From positions 32,001 to 96,000 of IMG/VR virus record IMGVR_UViG_3300025132_000021: a stretch of DNA of 64,000 bases, one strand, 5' to 3'. The position numbers and the translations under genes were made by a program. This stretch comes from a virus. Numbering within the stretch: position 1 is the first letter of the stretch; every line of letters begins with the position of its first letter. The notes under the pieces were generated by a model. The model saw only the letters and a program-made list of their open reading frames with translations. It ran no database searches and was not told the DNA's origin. This document shows positions 38,531 through 48,505 of this stretch, in pieces.

Positions 38531-39069
38531 TGAGTGTTGAGTGTCCAATTTGTTTTCAAAAGTTTGACTCTTTCCGAGGGCTAAATGGACACATGAACCG
38601 CCATAGACCTAAACGCTTGCGTGCTGAATCATCTAATATGGATTGTCCTATTTGCGGTGAAACTTGTAGTCAAGTTTCCAATACTGATTATGAATGTTCC
38701 ACTTGTGAAACTTTGTGGACTAAAATGCAAGGCGATGGATTTACCTATTTAGAGGCCGAAGAAGAAGATATTCTCGTTCCTTTTTTTGAAGGACAAGTCA
38801 TTATGCTGGATTGTCCCTTATGTAGTTATAGAACACCTCTTATTCAAGTAGGCTCAGGATTTTGCGAGGATTGTGGAGAGATGGTAAGTGCTTTTGAATT
38901 AAAACATTATTGTTTAGAGAATCACCCAGAATCAGTGCGAGACATTATTGAAGATGACATAGATGCTTATAATGAAGCAGAGTTTTGGCTACTTGAGAGT
39001 CATGCAGATTTTTGCCCAGCCATTCAATCAGGAGCCTTCACAGTAGAGGACATAGAAGATAACCTTTAA
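38530..39069 (+). CDS. Protein of three zinc-finger modules separated by LRAE and LEAE
   Basis: C2H2 (CPIC...HMNRH), then CPIC..CSTC, then CPLC..CEDC. Confidence 0.8.
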   Translation: MSVECPICFQKFDSFRGLNGHMNRHRPKRLRAESSNMDCPICGETCSQVSNTDYECSTCETLWTKMQGDGFTYLEAEEEDILVPFFEGQVIMLDCPLCSYRTPLIQVGSGFCEDCGEMVSAFELKHYCLENHPESVRDIIEDDIDAYNEAEFWLLESHADFCPAIQSGAFTVEDIEDNL

Positions 39070-39094
39070 GTAGTCGTATCGTGAAGGGTTTTTT

Positions 39095-39538
39095 ATGGCA
39101 CTAATGACCAACGGTTATGTTCGTAAAGATTCTAATTCTAAAATGGGATTCTTACCACCAACTTCAACAGAGGCTTTAATGATGGGAGATGGTTCATTGA
39201 TGGATACTGCTGCTTTCCGTGATGGACACCCAACTACTAAATACACTCCTGCTGAACTCGGCATGGATGTTACGGCTTCACCTTTTTACGACCCTGAGAA
39301 AACTCAAGCAGCCAAAGCCGAGCCACAGCCGAGCGAAGGCGAGACAGTGGCACAGGATAGCCAAACGGCTGCCGACTCGGAGTTCGGTGCAGATACTCTT
39401 AATCCATTAGGAGTTTCTATGCCAGATGCACTCCAAAACTTTAATTCGTGGGCATCTCTAAATGTAGGCAAAATAATTCTGGGCGCAGGAGTTCTATATT
39501 TAGCCTATCGTTTGGGGGCTAACACTAATGCTTCGTGA
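39095..39538 (+). CDS. Tail-anchored protein
   Basis: C-terminal KIILGAGVLYLAYR; promoter at 39065. Confidence 0.75.
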   Translation: MALMTNGYVRKDSNSKMGFLPPTSTEALMMGDGSLMDTAAFRDGHPTTKYTPAELGMDVTASPFYDPEKTQAAKAEPQPSEGETVAQDSQTAADSEFGADTLNPLGVSMPDALQNFNSWASLNVGKIILGAGVLYLAYRLGANTNAS

Positions 39539-40058
39539 GTGGCATCCCGGACAGCGTGTAACTTCAATTGCTGTTCAATCATTAGGAGTAGGAACAATTC
39601 TTGTTCCCTCAATTAGTCATGTAATCGTTGAGTGGGATGATGGTTCTTGGTCTAAAGAACGATACCAAGATATAATTTATGTTGGCGAGTCTAAACTTGA
39701 ACCCTTACCGATTCCCACCAAAGGTGGAAATCCGATACCCCGCCGAGGCTCTAATGATAGCACATTAGATGGTGCTAACAAACTTGACTTAGACCCACAA
39801 ATAGATTTTGATGATGACACTATTCCTAATCAGATGAATCCAGACAGACCCTCAAACCAAAATCCCTATTCTTCAGGTAGTCTGAATCCAGAGATATTTT
39901 CAGTTGAAAGTTTTGATGAGATTTCTTACGCACCCGACCGTGGACGATTTTCTAATCCAACCCTACTTAGACAACAAACTTTAGATTCGGCTTTAGAGCG
40001 TGCGATGACCAATTGGTTGCTACAAGGCGGAGGCGACCGAATGAGGAGGAAAATCTAA
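39528..40058 (+). CDS. Hypothetical protein with SH3-like N-terminal module
   Basis: PGQRV...GVGTI...VIVEWDDG. Confidence 0.6.
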   Translation: MLREWHPGQRVTSIAVQSLGVGTILVPSISHVIVEWDDGSWSKERYQDIIYVGESKLEPLPIPTKGGNPIPRRGSNDSTLDGANKLDLDPQIDFDDDTIPNQMNPDRPSNQNPYSSGSLNPEIFSVESFDEISYAPDRGRFSNPTLLRQQTLDSALERAMTNWLLQGGGDRMRRKI

Positions 40059-41248
40059 TGATGCCTACTTATTATCAATCTTTTGATACAGGAGAAACTA
40101 AAACTCTTGATGCTTGGTCTCAAGGCTATGTGCTTTACACCCAAGCCGATGGCAGCATGGTAGGTTATACTAAGTTTTCAAATGGGATTCCACCTATTAC
40201 TTTGCGCCCTGTTGATTCACCTCCCGGTTCTGCTTCAGGACCCAACTTCCCTCCATTTGGGATTCAAACATCTGCTTTGTTTCATGCCGAGTCTACTCAA
40301 TTTGATTTACTACGCCGAGAACTTCGCTCACAAGGTTTAGACCTGCAAGCCAGCAAGCGTATTCCTGAAAACTGGGTAATCTTACTTGAAGAAAGTTTGC
40401 CTATGGGTTTTTCTATGCAAGCCTTAGTTGCCCCAGAATACTATTCGGGTTATGATGCTGACCCATTCCAACAAGTAGTAGGAGGACAAGGTGAAGCAGG
40501 AATTAACCAACAAGGAATCGGAGTTATTCTTCGTGGCAACGGACAAATGGCTAAAGATATTTGGTTAGAGGGTTCTTCTTTAGAACGCCAAACTGAAAAC
40601 TTTGACAAAGCCGTTAAAGTAGCCAGTCAATTTCTTAATCCAGTTGTTTCTCATCAAAACATTGGTGCGATTGAAGGTCGTAGTCCTTTCAACACAGATG
40701 GACGACCTTGGAAACCGGGCGACCTTGTGAATGTTTCCAGAGATTCATTAGATGGAGGCGGTTTAGCCACAGCCCATGTAGTCCGAGTTTATACTACTGA
40801 TGTTTTAGTTGTTTGGCCTAATGATGCTGACCACCCAAAGTCTGAATATCCACGAGGTTGGTTCACTCAAGAAGATAAAGAAGATTTAATTTTCATTAAA
40901 GAAGACCCAGCATGGTTGGTCGCATGGAAAAAACTTCCCTTGGATTTATCCTCTCGTTATGGTGCAGAAACTCGTTATGAAAATGAGTTAGGATACAATA
41001 TGGATGGACGCTGGTTCACCCCAAGTAATCCACTACCTTTGTATGGAGGCACGGCAGAACGCCAACAAGAAGCCATGATGATGGGTTCTCCTCCACCATG
41101 GGCTACTATGATAGATATGCCAATAGGCTTATCACTTCGCACTACACCTAAGCATTCTTCTTCAGATATTTACACCGAGATGGATGAAATCAGTCTTCAT
41201 CTTCGTCGTCAAGAGGCTCTTGCTGAACTCACAGGACTTCGCTTATAA
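40058..41248 (+). CDS. Modular hypothetical protein; start revised to ATG 40058
   Basis: GAGGAGG RBS; FHAE and YGAE junctions; SH3-like WKPGDLV module. Confidence 0.75.
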   Translation: MMPTYYQSFDTGETKTLDAWSQGYVLYTQADGSMVGYTKFSNGIPPITLRPVDSPPGSASGPNFPPFGIQTSALFHAESTQFDLLRRELRSQGLDLQASKRIPENWVILLEESLPMGFSMQALVAPEYYSGYDADPFQQVVGGQGEAGINQQGIGVILRGNGQMAKDIWLEGSSLERQTENFDKAVKVASQFLNPVVSHQNIGAIEGRSPFNTDGRPWKPGDLVNVSRDSLDGGGLATAHVVRVYTTDVLVVWPNDADHPKSEYPRGWFTQEDKEDLIFIKEDPAWLVAWKKLPLDLSSRYGAETRYENELGYNMDGRWFTPSNPLPLYGGTAERQQEAMMMGSPPPWATMIDMPIGLSLRTTPKHSSSDIYTEMDEISLHLRRQEALAELTGLRL

Positions 41249-41287
41249 TAGCAAATCTTTAAGTATCGGAATGGATACAGATTGAGT

Positions 41288-42160
41288 ATGCGTCTGACTC
41301 AAGTAGGATTAGGTGTCGCTCTACTGTCTGTTGTCGCTTACATTAGTAGCGATAAAGTAAAGGACATGGCTTCCAAAGTTTTTGGAGCCGATGCCATCAC
41401 ACCCGCCGAATTAGAAGAAATGCACATTGAATCAAGCGGAGTCACAGTAGACACCGTTCCTGTTTCCAATGTTCAAGCGTTCCTCGGTTGGGAACAATTG
41501 CACCTGCAACACACTACGGCTGTTGCTAATGACTCGCCATTTATGGATGGCGTAGTTGATGCTCAACCAGTTTATACCAATCCATTTGACATCGGATACA
41601 GTTTTGACCAAGAGTATTACGGTGCAGAAAGTTTTAACGCTGATGTTAATGGAGGATACTCTGGAAACTATGCAGGACAAGGTGCATCTTCTTTTGATGT
41701 AGCAAACCCACCTAATGAAGTTCCAACCGCAGGAACTCCATATCGTGTTCAAGCCCACACAGGTCAGGTTTATTCCACAGACCCCGCAACTGGTGTCAAT
41801 GGACAACCACTTCCCTATTCGGGTGCAACCCCTGTGGCACGGCTTCCACCCGAAGTCAATTCTGACTTCCCATACATGGTGAGTTTGGTTAATGCACCGT
41901 TTGTTACTGTTCCCACTTCTGAAACTGGTAGCAACCGTTTTGGTAGTTTGGCTCGCAACTCTGTTGATGATGCTATCAACGGTCGTTTTGGAGAAACAGC
42001 ATTGGCTCCTGAAGTTGATGCTTCTTACATGAGTCCAGATGGAACAACTATGCCTTTGAGTCAATGGCGTAGCAAATACACAGTCCTTCGTCATTCAGAC
42101 ACAATGGTTTCAGCCATTCCGTTTAGTGGTGGAGTAGAATTACAGTTAAGGAGAGTATAA
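41288..42160 (+). CDS. N-anchored protein; start revised to ATG 41288
   Basis: Promoter at 41258; TM; FGAD, YGAE, FNAD. Confidence 0.8.
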   Translation: MRLTQVGLGVALLSVVAYISSDKVKDMASKVFGADAITPAELEEMHIESSGVTVDTVPVSNVQAFLGWEQLHLQHTTAVANDSPFMDGVVDAQPVYTNPFDIGYSFDQEYYGAESFNADVNGGYSGNYAGQGASSFDVANPPNEVPTAGTPYRVQAHTGQVYSTDPATGVNGQPLPYSGATPVARLPPEVNSDFPYMVSLVNAPFVTVPTSETGSNRFGSLARNSVDDAINGRFGETALAPEVDASYMSPDGTTMPLSQWRSKYTVLRHSDTMVSAIPFSGGVELQLRRV

Positions 42161-42162
42161 GA

Positions 42163-43833
42163 ATGAGTAAGAAAATGTTATATGTCCGTTCTAAGGATTA
42201 TTGGGGCTATGATGCTTCAGATTTTGATGCAACTATGAACTTTTACAAATATACTTGGGTTGTTCCTGAAGCCATGTATAACGACATGGACGATAGCAAC
42301 AAATCCCGTTTGTATCCTTGTGCTTTGTTTTATGTTCAAGGAGTTACTGATAATCATAATTTCTTAACTATCAGTGTAAATGTTGATGGCTCAAATGCTA
42401 CTGTTAAGGGTATGCAAGGCACAAAGCGTAGAACTCGTAAGTTTGAAGTTGGCGTTCCTTTTGCTTATACTGTTGGTAGTTTAACTATGAAAGAAGCACC
42501 AGCAGGTGCAACTTCAGTAGACTTTATTCAAGAAGAAGTTAAAGAAGGGCGAGCCACTACTGAAGGAAGTTTCATTATTGATGGTTTCCTAACTGAAGCC
42601 ACAGATATTGCTGAAGTTGTGGGACTAAGTTCTACTGCTGAAGCCGAAACCGTAATGGAGCCTGCTGATATGGCTTCACCTATGGAAGATGAACCAACTC
42701 CAAGTGGTTATGAACCCACATCTTATGAAGCCGAAATTGATGATTCAGTCGCAGTTTCCGATTTCTACCCTCAAGAATCTGCTCAAACCCACGATGTTGC
42801 TTCTGGACATGGTGTTCCAGTGGCTTACGGTTCTGGGTCTTCCCAGAATCTTGAACCTCCAGTTGTTGTAGATGATGAATACATGGCGGCTGAAGATTTT
42901 GAAGCAGAAGTTTCAGATTTCTACCCACAATCCTCTGCTGAAGTTGGCGATACTCAATCAGGACATGGAGTTCCAGTTGCTTATGGCTCTGGCTCATCAC
43001 AATATGTAGAGCCACCAGTTATGGTAGACGAAGAAATGGCTGCTGAATATGACGATTCCGTAGAAGTTTCTGATTTCTACCCGCAGGAATCTGCCCAAAC
43101 TCACGATGTTGCCTCTGGTCATGGCGTGCCAGTTGCTTACGGCTCTGGTTCATCTCAAAACCTTGAACCACCAGTTGTAGTAGATGAAGAAATGGCTGCT
43201 GAATACCAAAAAGGTCGTCGTGGTGCTGGTGGAAGATTCCGAAGCAAGCGTGCTATTCGCAACGAAGTGTTCGGAGAAACAGTTGCTAATCAAATGGCAG
43301 GTTATTGGAGAACAGGTGTCGTTGGCACAAACCCAGTCGTAGGTTCAGATGTTGCTCGTAGTAATCCTGACAAGCGATACAATTATTTTACTCAACCAGC
43401 AGTTCGTAATGAAAACACAGGAATGTATAACAAAGGACCTAACTTCCGTCAAGCACACAAGATTGCTAAGGGAGTTGCATGGGACAGAGTAGAACGCCTT
43501 GGACTCGCTGCTGAAGCAGAAGTTCTTATGGCTGAATCCAAGTTTGAAACTTTGGCTTCTAAGATTGCCAAGCAATACGAGAAGAAAGGTATGGAACCGG
43601 GCAAGGCTATGGATATTGGCCGACGCACCGCTTACAAAGTTGGAGTTTCTAAGTATGGTAAATCAGGTATGACTCGCAAATCAATTGCAGGTCGCAAGGC
43701 TGCTGAATCTTACTCCGCAGACCGATTCGTAGATTCACTTAATGAAGCCGCCCCAGCACGCCTACCTATTAAGGGCATGGCTGCTGCTATTGTTGGCACA
43801 CTTCTTGGTGTCGGCTACGCTATGAAGAAGTGA
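42163..43833 (+). CDS. Tail-anchored cassette polyprotein with three tandem ~50-aa repeats
   Basis: 3x VSDFYPQ...SGHGVPVAYGSGSSQ..EPPV..MAAE; tail GMAAAIVGTLLGVGYAMKK. Confidence 0.85.
   Translation: MSKKMLYVRSKDYWGYDASDFDATMNFYKYTWVVPEAMYNDMDDSNKSRLYPCALFYVQGVTDNHNFLTISVNVDGSNATVKGMQGTKRRTRKFEVGVPFAYTVGSLTMKEAPAGATSVDFIQEEVKEGRATTEGSFIIDGFLTEATDIAEVVGLSSTAEAETVMEPADMASPMEDEPTPSGYEPTSYEAEIDDSVAVSDFYPQESAQTHDVASGHGVPVAYGSGSSQNLEPPVVVDDEYMAAEDFEAEVSDFYPQSSAEVGDTQSGHGVPVAYGSGSSQYVEPPVMVDEEMAAEYDDSVEVSDFYPQESAQTHDVASGHGVPVAYGSGSSQNLEPPVVVDEEMAAEYQKGRRGAGGRFRSKRAIRNEVFGETVANQMAGYWRTGVVGTNPVVGSDVARSNPDKRYNYFTQPAVRNENTGMYNKGPNFRQAHKIAKGVAWDRVERLGLAAEAEVLMAESKFETLASKIAKQYEKKGMEPGKAMDIGRRTAYKVGVSKYGKSGMTRKSIAGRKAAESYSADRFVDSLNEAAPARLPIKGMAAAIVGTLLGVGYAMKK
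42736..43203 (+). repeat. Three tandem coding repeats, each ending in MAAE
   Basis: Visible at DNA and protein level. Confidence 0.9.
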
Positions 43834-43837
43834 TTTC

Positions 43838-44125
43838 ATGTATGGAGTTAATTCGTGGGATACCTACGGAACTCGTTTGGCCTTTAATGCTGATGAAGAA
43901 TCCGAAGATACTGAAGATTCTCAAGAAGATGTTGAAGAAACGACCCAATCTAAACCTTTGGCCGCCACTAAATCAAGTAATGTGTTAGGTTATGCAGTTC
44001 TGGGTGGAATTGGAGTCATGGCTTTTGGTTATCTTTACTTTATGATTAGTAATCCTCAAGCCTATGTTCAAGCCACGGCTATTCGCACAGGCGGAAACCT
44101 CTTGGGTCAAGCCTTAAGTTCATAA
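43838..44125 (+). CDS. Small single-pass membrane protein
   Basis: VLGYAVLGGIGVMAFGYLYFMI. Confidence 0.75.
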   Translation: MYGVNSWDTYGTRLAFNADEESEDTEDSQEDVEETTQSKPLAATKSSNVLGYAVLGGIGVMAFGYLYFMISNPQAYVQATAIRTGGNLLGQALSS

Positions 44126-44139
44126 GAGTAGTTTTACTT

Positions 44140-44502
44140 ATGAGTTCTATGGACGAGTTTAATTGGGGCATTTATGGTTATCCTGTTTCTGACGAAGATG
44201 AGTCAGAATCTTTAACTGAAATCACAGCCCTTGCTTGGACAGGAGATTATTCCAACTTAGATATTCAAGAATACCACTTTGTTGTAGGCCAACCCGACCC
44301 TCGTTGTAGCCAACATCAGGTCATGGCTATCCGCCGAGTTTCCTATCCTGATGCAGACCCAGAAATCCAAATACTTTTACAAGGCGAATGCACGGCTAAT
44401 TCATGGGAACAATTTAGAGTTTTAGCGTGGGAAACCTCTGCAATCGCAAAGGTGGCTTTTGAAAGCGAGATGTCTTGGGCAGGAACACCAAACTTTAAGT
44501 AG
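44140..44502 (+). CDS. Acidic hypothetical protein
   Basis: Ends inside the next promoter (PNFK*). Confidence 0.7.
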   Translation: MSSMDEFNWGIYGYPVSDEDESESLTEITALAWTGDYSNLDIQEYHFVVGQPDPRCSQHQVMAIRRVSYPDADPEIQILLQGECTANSWEQFRVLAWETSAIAKVAFESEMSWAGTPNFK

Positions 44503-44523
44503 TCGTTCAACTCAACTCTGATT

Positions 44524-45456
44524 ATGTCAGACGAAGGTATCTCTCCATTTTTAGCAGAGATTGAATCCGAGATTACTACGGAAGCAGCAGGTAATCCAAA
44601 CAATGCTGTCGCTTTTGATATGGAATCTCAAAAAAACTCCGTAGTCGGTGCAGTAGAAATTACTGATAGCGATTACTCCAAATATCTTAGTTCATCTCAA
44701 CGCTCATCTTTGCCTAAGCATTTACAAGAAGGAATTATTCGTAAAAAGAAAACTGCTGAAGCCGAAGAAGAAGCGATGCCCAGTTTTGAATCTCTTCGTG
44801 ATGAAACCAATGCTTCAGTTCCAGAGGCTCCGCAAGACCCTGCCGAACCTGAACCAGATATTAGCCACATGGGGGAAACTCCTGAACCCGGTATGTTTGA
44901 GCCAGACCTCGGTATTACCGAAGAAGGTGGTCCTGAAGAACCTCCCGCCGCCCCTTTGCCTCGTCCAGAACCCGTAGAAGTAAGTTTTGTAGCAGAACGC
45001 CTTAATAATCAAGAACAAGAACTTAAGATTGCCAGCATGACTCAAAAGCAATATGAGGATTGGTTGTTCCCTGATAACAAAGAAGAATCAGATTGGGCAT
45101 CAGGACAAGTGGCTTTGGCTCGTATCATGGCGAATCTCAAAGCAGCAGGCTATGATTCTGTCAGCCTAAGTTTAGATGATGAGTTATTCCCTGCTTATGT
45201 CCAAGTTGCTTCGGCACTTTGGAGTCGTCAAAACTTTTCAACACCAGTTCGTGAAGATGTTATTACTCAAATAGAAAACGCACCTGCGGCTCAATTGGTT
45301 TCCACTTTAGAAGCCACAGCCAGTGCAGTTCCCACAGAATTAGCGGCAGAACTTTTCAGAGTTCCTGTTGAAGAATCTACTAACTACATTCCTTATGTGG
45401 GTGTAGGATTGGCAACATTGTTTGCATTTATGAGTCCATTCTTCTGGAAGAGATAG
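44524..45456 (+). CDS. Tail-anchored acidic/Pro-rich protein
   Basis: Tail YIPYVGVGLATLFAFMSPFFWKR; promoter at 44494. Confidence 0.8.
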   Translation: MSDEGISPFLAEIESEITTEAAGNPNNAVAFDMESQKNSVVGAVEITDSDYSKYLSSSQRSSLPKHLQEGIIRKKKTAEAEEEAMPSFESLRDETNASVPEAPQDPAEPEPDISHMGETPEPGMFEPDLGITEEGGPEEPPAAPLPRPEPVEVSFVAERLNNQEQELKIASMTQKQYEDWLFPDNKEESDWASGQVALARIMANLKAAGYDSVSLSLDDELFPAYVQVASALWSRQNFSTPVREDVITQIENAPAAQLVSTLEATASAVPTELAAELFRVPVEESTNYIPYVGVGLATLFAFMSPFFWKR

Positions 45457-45493
45457 GCAAATCTTTAAGTATCAAGGACGGTGAGAATAATAC

Positions 45494-46297
45494 ATGAATC
45501 TTGACCTTGCTATTCAAAATGTTTTGAAGCGCAGTGAGATGGAGAACGCTATGCACGGCGTTATGTCCAACTTCGGCGGAACTTATCAACTTACTTCCTA
45601 CACCGAATCAGCCAAAGCAGCAGAAGATATTTTGGGAACTCCTGTGGCACACATGACTCCAAATGCTTTGAGCCGACCTACCTTGGTTCAACAGGCAGAA
45701 GTCTACGAAGCCAAGCCTCCTACTTCTAACATGAGTATGATGATTGATGGTTATGAAGTATCTTTTGACGCTCAAACTAAAAACTGGACTCTAAGCCAAG
45801 CAGGAAAGGCTGCTGGCTTCTGGGACAAACTTTTGGGTCGTGAGCCACAACCTACTATTATGGTTACTAAGTATGGAACTAATTCTACTAACCGATTCCT
45901 AAGTGCTGTGGAAAACTCTTCTATCAGCGCATCTACTAAAAATAAGATTGCAGGTTATGTTATGACCTCAATGCGTAGTGGTTCAGTTGAAACTTTTCAA
46001 CAAGGTTATTCAGTAGATACTAAACCTTCAGACGATGTGATTACTTCTTCATCATCTTCTCGCATTATGGAAGCCCCAACTCGTGAATATCATTCTCAAG
46101 AACTTAACCTTGCTTCCGAATATCAAGGAGTTGCCAAACAACGAAACAATACTTTCATGGGCGACACAGTTATTCCACAACCCTTGAGTTCTGCTCAAGT
46201 TGGTATGCTAAGAACACCACTCGGAGACCCAGTTGGACTTCATGTATCTCCGCCAACCCGCCACATGGGTAATGTAAAAACAAACCGAAGTCTTTAA
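45494..46297 (+). CDS. Hypothetical protein
   Basis: Promoter at 45464. Confidence 0.75.
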   Translation: MNLDLAIQNVLKRSEMENAMHGVMSNFGGTYQLTSYTESAKAAEDILGTPVAHMTPNALSRPTLVQQAEVYEAKPPTSNMSMMIDGYEVSFDAQTKNWTLSQAGKAAGFWDKLLGREPQPTIMVTKYGTNSTNRFLSAVENSSISASTKNKIAGYVMTSMRSGSVETFQQGYSVDTKPSDDVITSSSSSRIMEAPTREYHSQELNLASEYQGVAKQRNNTFMGDTVIPQPLSSAQVGMLRTPLGDPVGLHVSPPTRHMGNVKTNRSL

Positions 46298-46322
46298 GTA
46301 GTTGAACAGGAGAGTATGAAAT

Positions 46323-47345
46323 ATGAACGCAATAACGAATGTCGCTCAAGAATCCTATGATGGATTGATGGATTCAAGTTTCTATTCAGGTGTCGCTGGT
46401 ATTGCTGTCGGCGGTATCCTTGGTAGTGTTGTCACTCTACTTCCTTTTTACAAATTAGGAATGTTTGGTAATATCACTCGCACAGTAGCCACAATGGGTT
46501 CAGGTGCATACCTTGTTATGAAGTCTAACCAAGTAACTGGTGATATGCAATCTCTTTATCGTGGTGCAGGTGCAGTTCTCGGATTCATCGGCGCATCACA
46601 AGTTGTCGGTTATCTAACTGCAACCACAGGACTTTCCATCCCCGGATTCAACGGACTTGGTTCAGTTCTAACAGGAAGTTTTGCTTCTGAAGGAGAAGAA
46701 GTTATTGCCCAGCGTGGAGATGGCCGAGTTCTCGGACAAGAAACTGCTACTCAATCTTATTCTGACATTTACAATGCTGACACTTTTGAAGAAGGCACTG
46801 TTGAAATGCAAAACCGTGTTTCACCAGATGACCCAATCAACTCGGTTGTAGAAGAAGCCCCTCTCGGTCATGGAGTCACTCAATGGTTCGGTGCAGACGG
46901 TGTTTCCGCAACTGGCGGTGTTGCTCAAAGTTTTGGAGGAGTTGCTGAATCTTCTACTATGAATCATTCTCCTCAAACAAATGTTTCTCAATATGTTTCC
47001 TCTGTGGATTCATTGGGAACTCGTGCTATGAATCTTAACAAAGGTTCAGCACTTGTTCAGTCGGCTTATGGTAAGGGCTACGAACCTCCTGTCCACTACT
47101 CGGCTGAAGAACCAACAGTAAGTGTTGGACAACCAACTCCTACCCCAATGGCGGGTTCAATGCCTGACTTGTGGAGTGCTTACTCCAAGCCCGGAACTAC
47201 CGCCGAAGAAAGCATCATGGACACCGTTAGGATTATGGCTCCCGGTCAGCCTATTCAGTGGTATGGTGCAGAAACCAGTGCAACTGGTATGATTTCCAAC
47301 CATGTGTCTTCAGCAGAAGGCTTTGGCAGTGTGGTAGGACAATAA
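46323..47345 (+). CDS. Multi-TM protein followed by xAE/xAD-delimited segments
   Basis: About 3 TM segments; FASE, YNAD, FGAD, YSAE, YGAE, SSAE. Confidence 0.8.
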   Translation: MNAITNVAQESYDGLMDSSFYSGVAGIAVGGILGSVVTLLPFYKLGMFGNITRTVATMGSGAYLVMKSNQVTGDMQSLYRGAGAVLGFIGASQVVGYLTATTGLSIPGFNGLGSVLTGSFASEGEEVIAQRGDGRVLGQETATQSYSDIYNADTFEEGTVEMQNRVSPDDPINSVVEEAPLGHGVTQWFGADGVSATGGVAQSFGGVAESSTMNHSPQTNVSQYVSSVDSLGTRAMNLNKGSALVQSAYGKGYEPPVHYSAEEPTVSVGQPTPTPMAGSMPDLWSAYSKPGTTAEESIMDTVRIMAPGQPIQWYGAETSATGMISNHVSSAEGFGSVVGQ

Positions 47346-47367
47346 ATAAAATGAATGGTGATTAAAA

Positions 47368-47625
47368 ATGATTGATAAATACTGTGAATGGACACAAGGA
47401 AAAAATGGAAAACTGATTTGTGCAACGCTTTCTACCGTTGGTGGATTGCATTTGCTAATGACCGCCCCACAACCTGTGCTTGGTTTCTTGCCAAGTTTCA
47501 GTTTCAATGTAATGGGTCGTGAAGTTGGCGCACAACAAATTGTTGGAATTGGACTATTAACTTGCGGAGTCTGCTGCTTAGTAGCCTGCCGTGGTAGCCC
47601 AGTTGCTAACATGATGGATATGTGA
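47368..47625 (+). CDS. Small 2-TM Cys-containing membrane protein
   Basis: Two hydrophobic helices; GGTGA RBS. Confidence 0.7.
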   Translation: MIDKYCEWTQGKNGKLICATLSTVGGLHLLMTAPQPVLGFLPSFSFNVMGREVGAQQIVGIGLLTCGVCCLVACRGSPVANMMDM

Positions 47626-47637
47626 GTGTGATTAAAG

Positions 47638-48177
47638 ATGAACATTAAAGGAATGCTAATTAACAAATACACAGTCGGCGGTAGCCTTCTGTTAGTCGGT
47701 GCTGGATTCTTCAGCACTCGTTTTACTGACGCTCTATCTTACCAACTCTTTACCTTGCCATCGGGAATCCCAATGATTGGCGGTGCATCCGTCACTGTTG
47801 GCCGTGTCGCAGGTTTAGTCCCACTAAGTCTCGGAATCGCTTTCCTACTAAGTGAAGCACGACCTATCACCAGTCGTATTCCAGTAGTAGACCGTGTAGC
47901 CGCAATTGCAGACAACCTCGTTAGCGAGATTTCTGAACCAGTTTCCACTGAAGCCTCCACCATGGGCGCAGAAGAACTTGAAGCAGAAACCGTAGACCAC
48001 ATCAACCCTACTGAAGTTGCAGAAGACTCCGAAACAGAATCTTTTGAAGCAGAAGGTGGAAAGATGAAGTGGACTGATGCAGTTTCTAAGGCTCGCAAAG
48101 ACCTCGGAATTACTGGATTTACCCCTGTTAAGAAGGGAACTCCTCTTTACAACAAAGCCAAGTCATACACTGCTTGA
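47638..48177 (+). CDS. 2-TM protein with a basic C-terminal module after FEAE
   Basis: ...ESFEAE|GGKMKWTDAVSKARKDLGITGFTPVKKGTPLYNKAK. Confidence 0.8.
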   Translation: MNIKGMLINKYTVGGSLLLVGAGFFSTRFTDALSYQLFTLPSGIPMIGGASVTVGRVAGLVPLSLGIAFLLSEARPITSRIPVVDRVAAIADNLVSEISEPVSTEASTMGAEELEAETVDHINPTEVAEDSETESFEAEGGKMKWTDAVSKARKDLGITGFTPVKKGTPLYNKAKSYTA

Positions 48178-48215
48178 ACTTAAAAGTTTAATCATTGAAC
48201 CGTAGGTTGAATCTT

Positions 48216-48311
48216 ATGGTTCATAGACATTGGGACGATGAGCCTGAGCCAGAAATTACTTTAGGTCTATTACTGGTTATTATGATTTTCGTTTTGATTT
48301 CTTTTATCTAA
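48216..48311 (+). CDS. 31-aa membrane micro-protein, not in ORF track
   Basis: MVHRHWDDEPEPEITLGLLLVIMIFVLISFI*; TTTAATCA box 29 nt upstream. Confidence 0.55.
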   Translation: MVHRHWDDEPEPEITLGLLLVIMIFVLISFI

Positions 48312-48385
48312 GGGGTCGTAGTTTAATTTGGAAGAACAACTCGTTTGCGACGAGTAGGCTGGGAGTTCAAATCTCCCCGACTCCA
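48312..48385 (+). tRNA. tRNA-Ala(UGC), CCA not encoded
   Basis: Acceptor GGGGTCG/CGACTCC with G3:U70; anticodon arm ACTCG-TTTGCGA-CGAGT; T arm GGGAG-TTCAAAT-CTCCC. Confidence 0.95.
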
Positions 48386-48424
48386 TACTTAGTTTTATGT
48401 AGGTTATACTATGTATGATATACT

Positions 48425-48505
48425 ATGTATGACCCAGAGAATGACCAGTTCGGAGAAATTGGTGCTTTGTTTTTACTCTTTCTTATTATGGTGACCTTAC
48501 TATGA
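48425..48505 (+). CDS. 26-aa membrane micro-protein, not in ORF track
   Basis: MYDPENDQFGEIGALFLLFLIMVTLL*; ATGA overlap with the next gene. Confidence 0.45.
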   Translation: MYDPENDQFGEIGALFLLFLIMVTLL

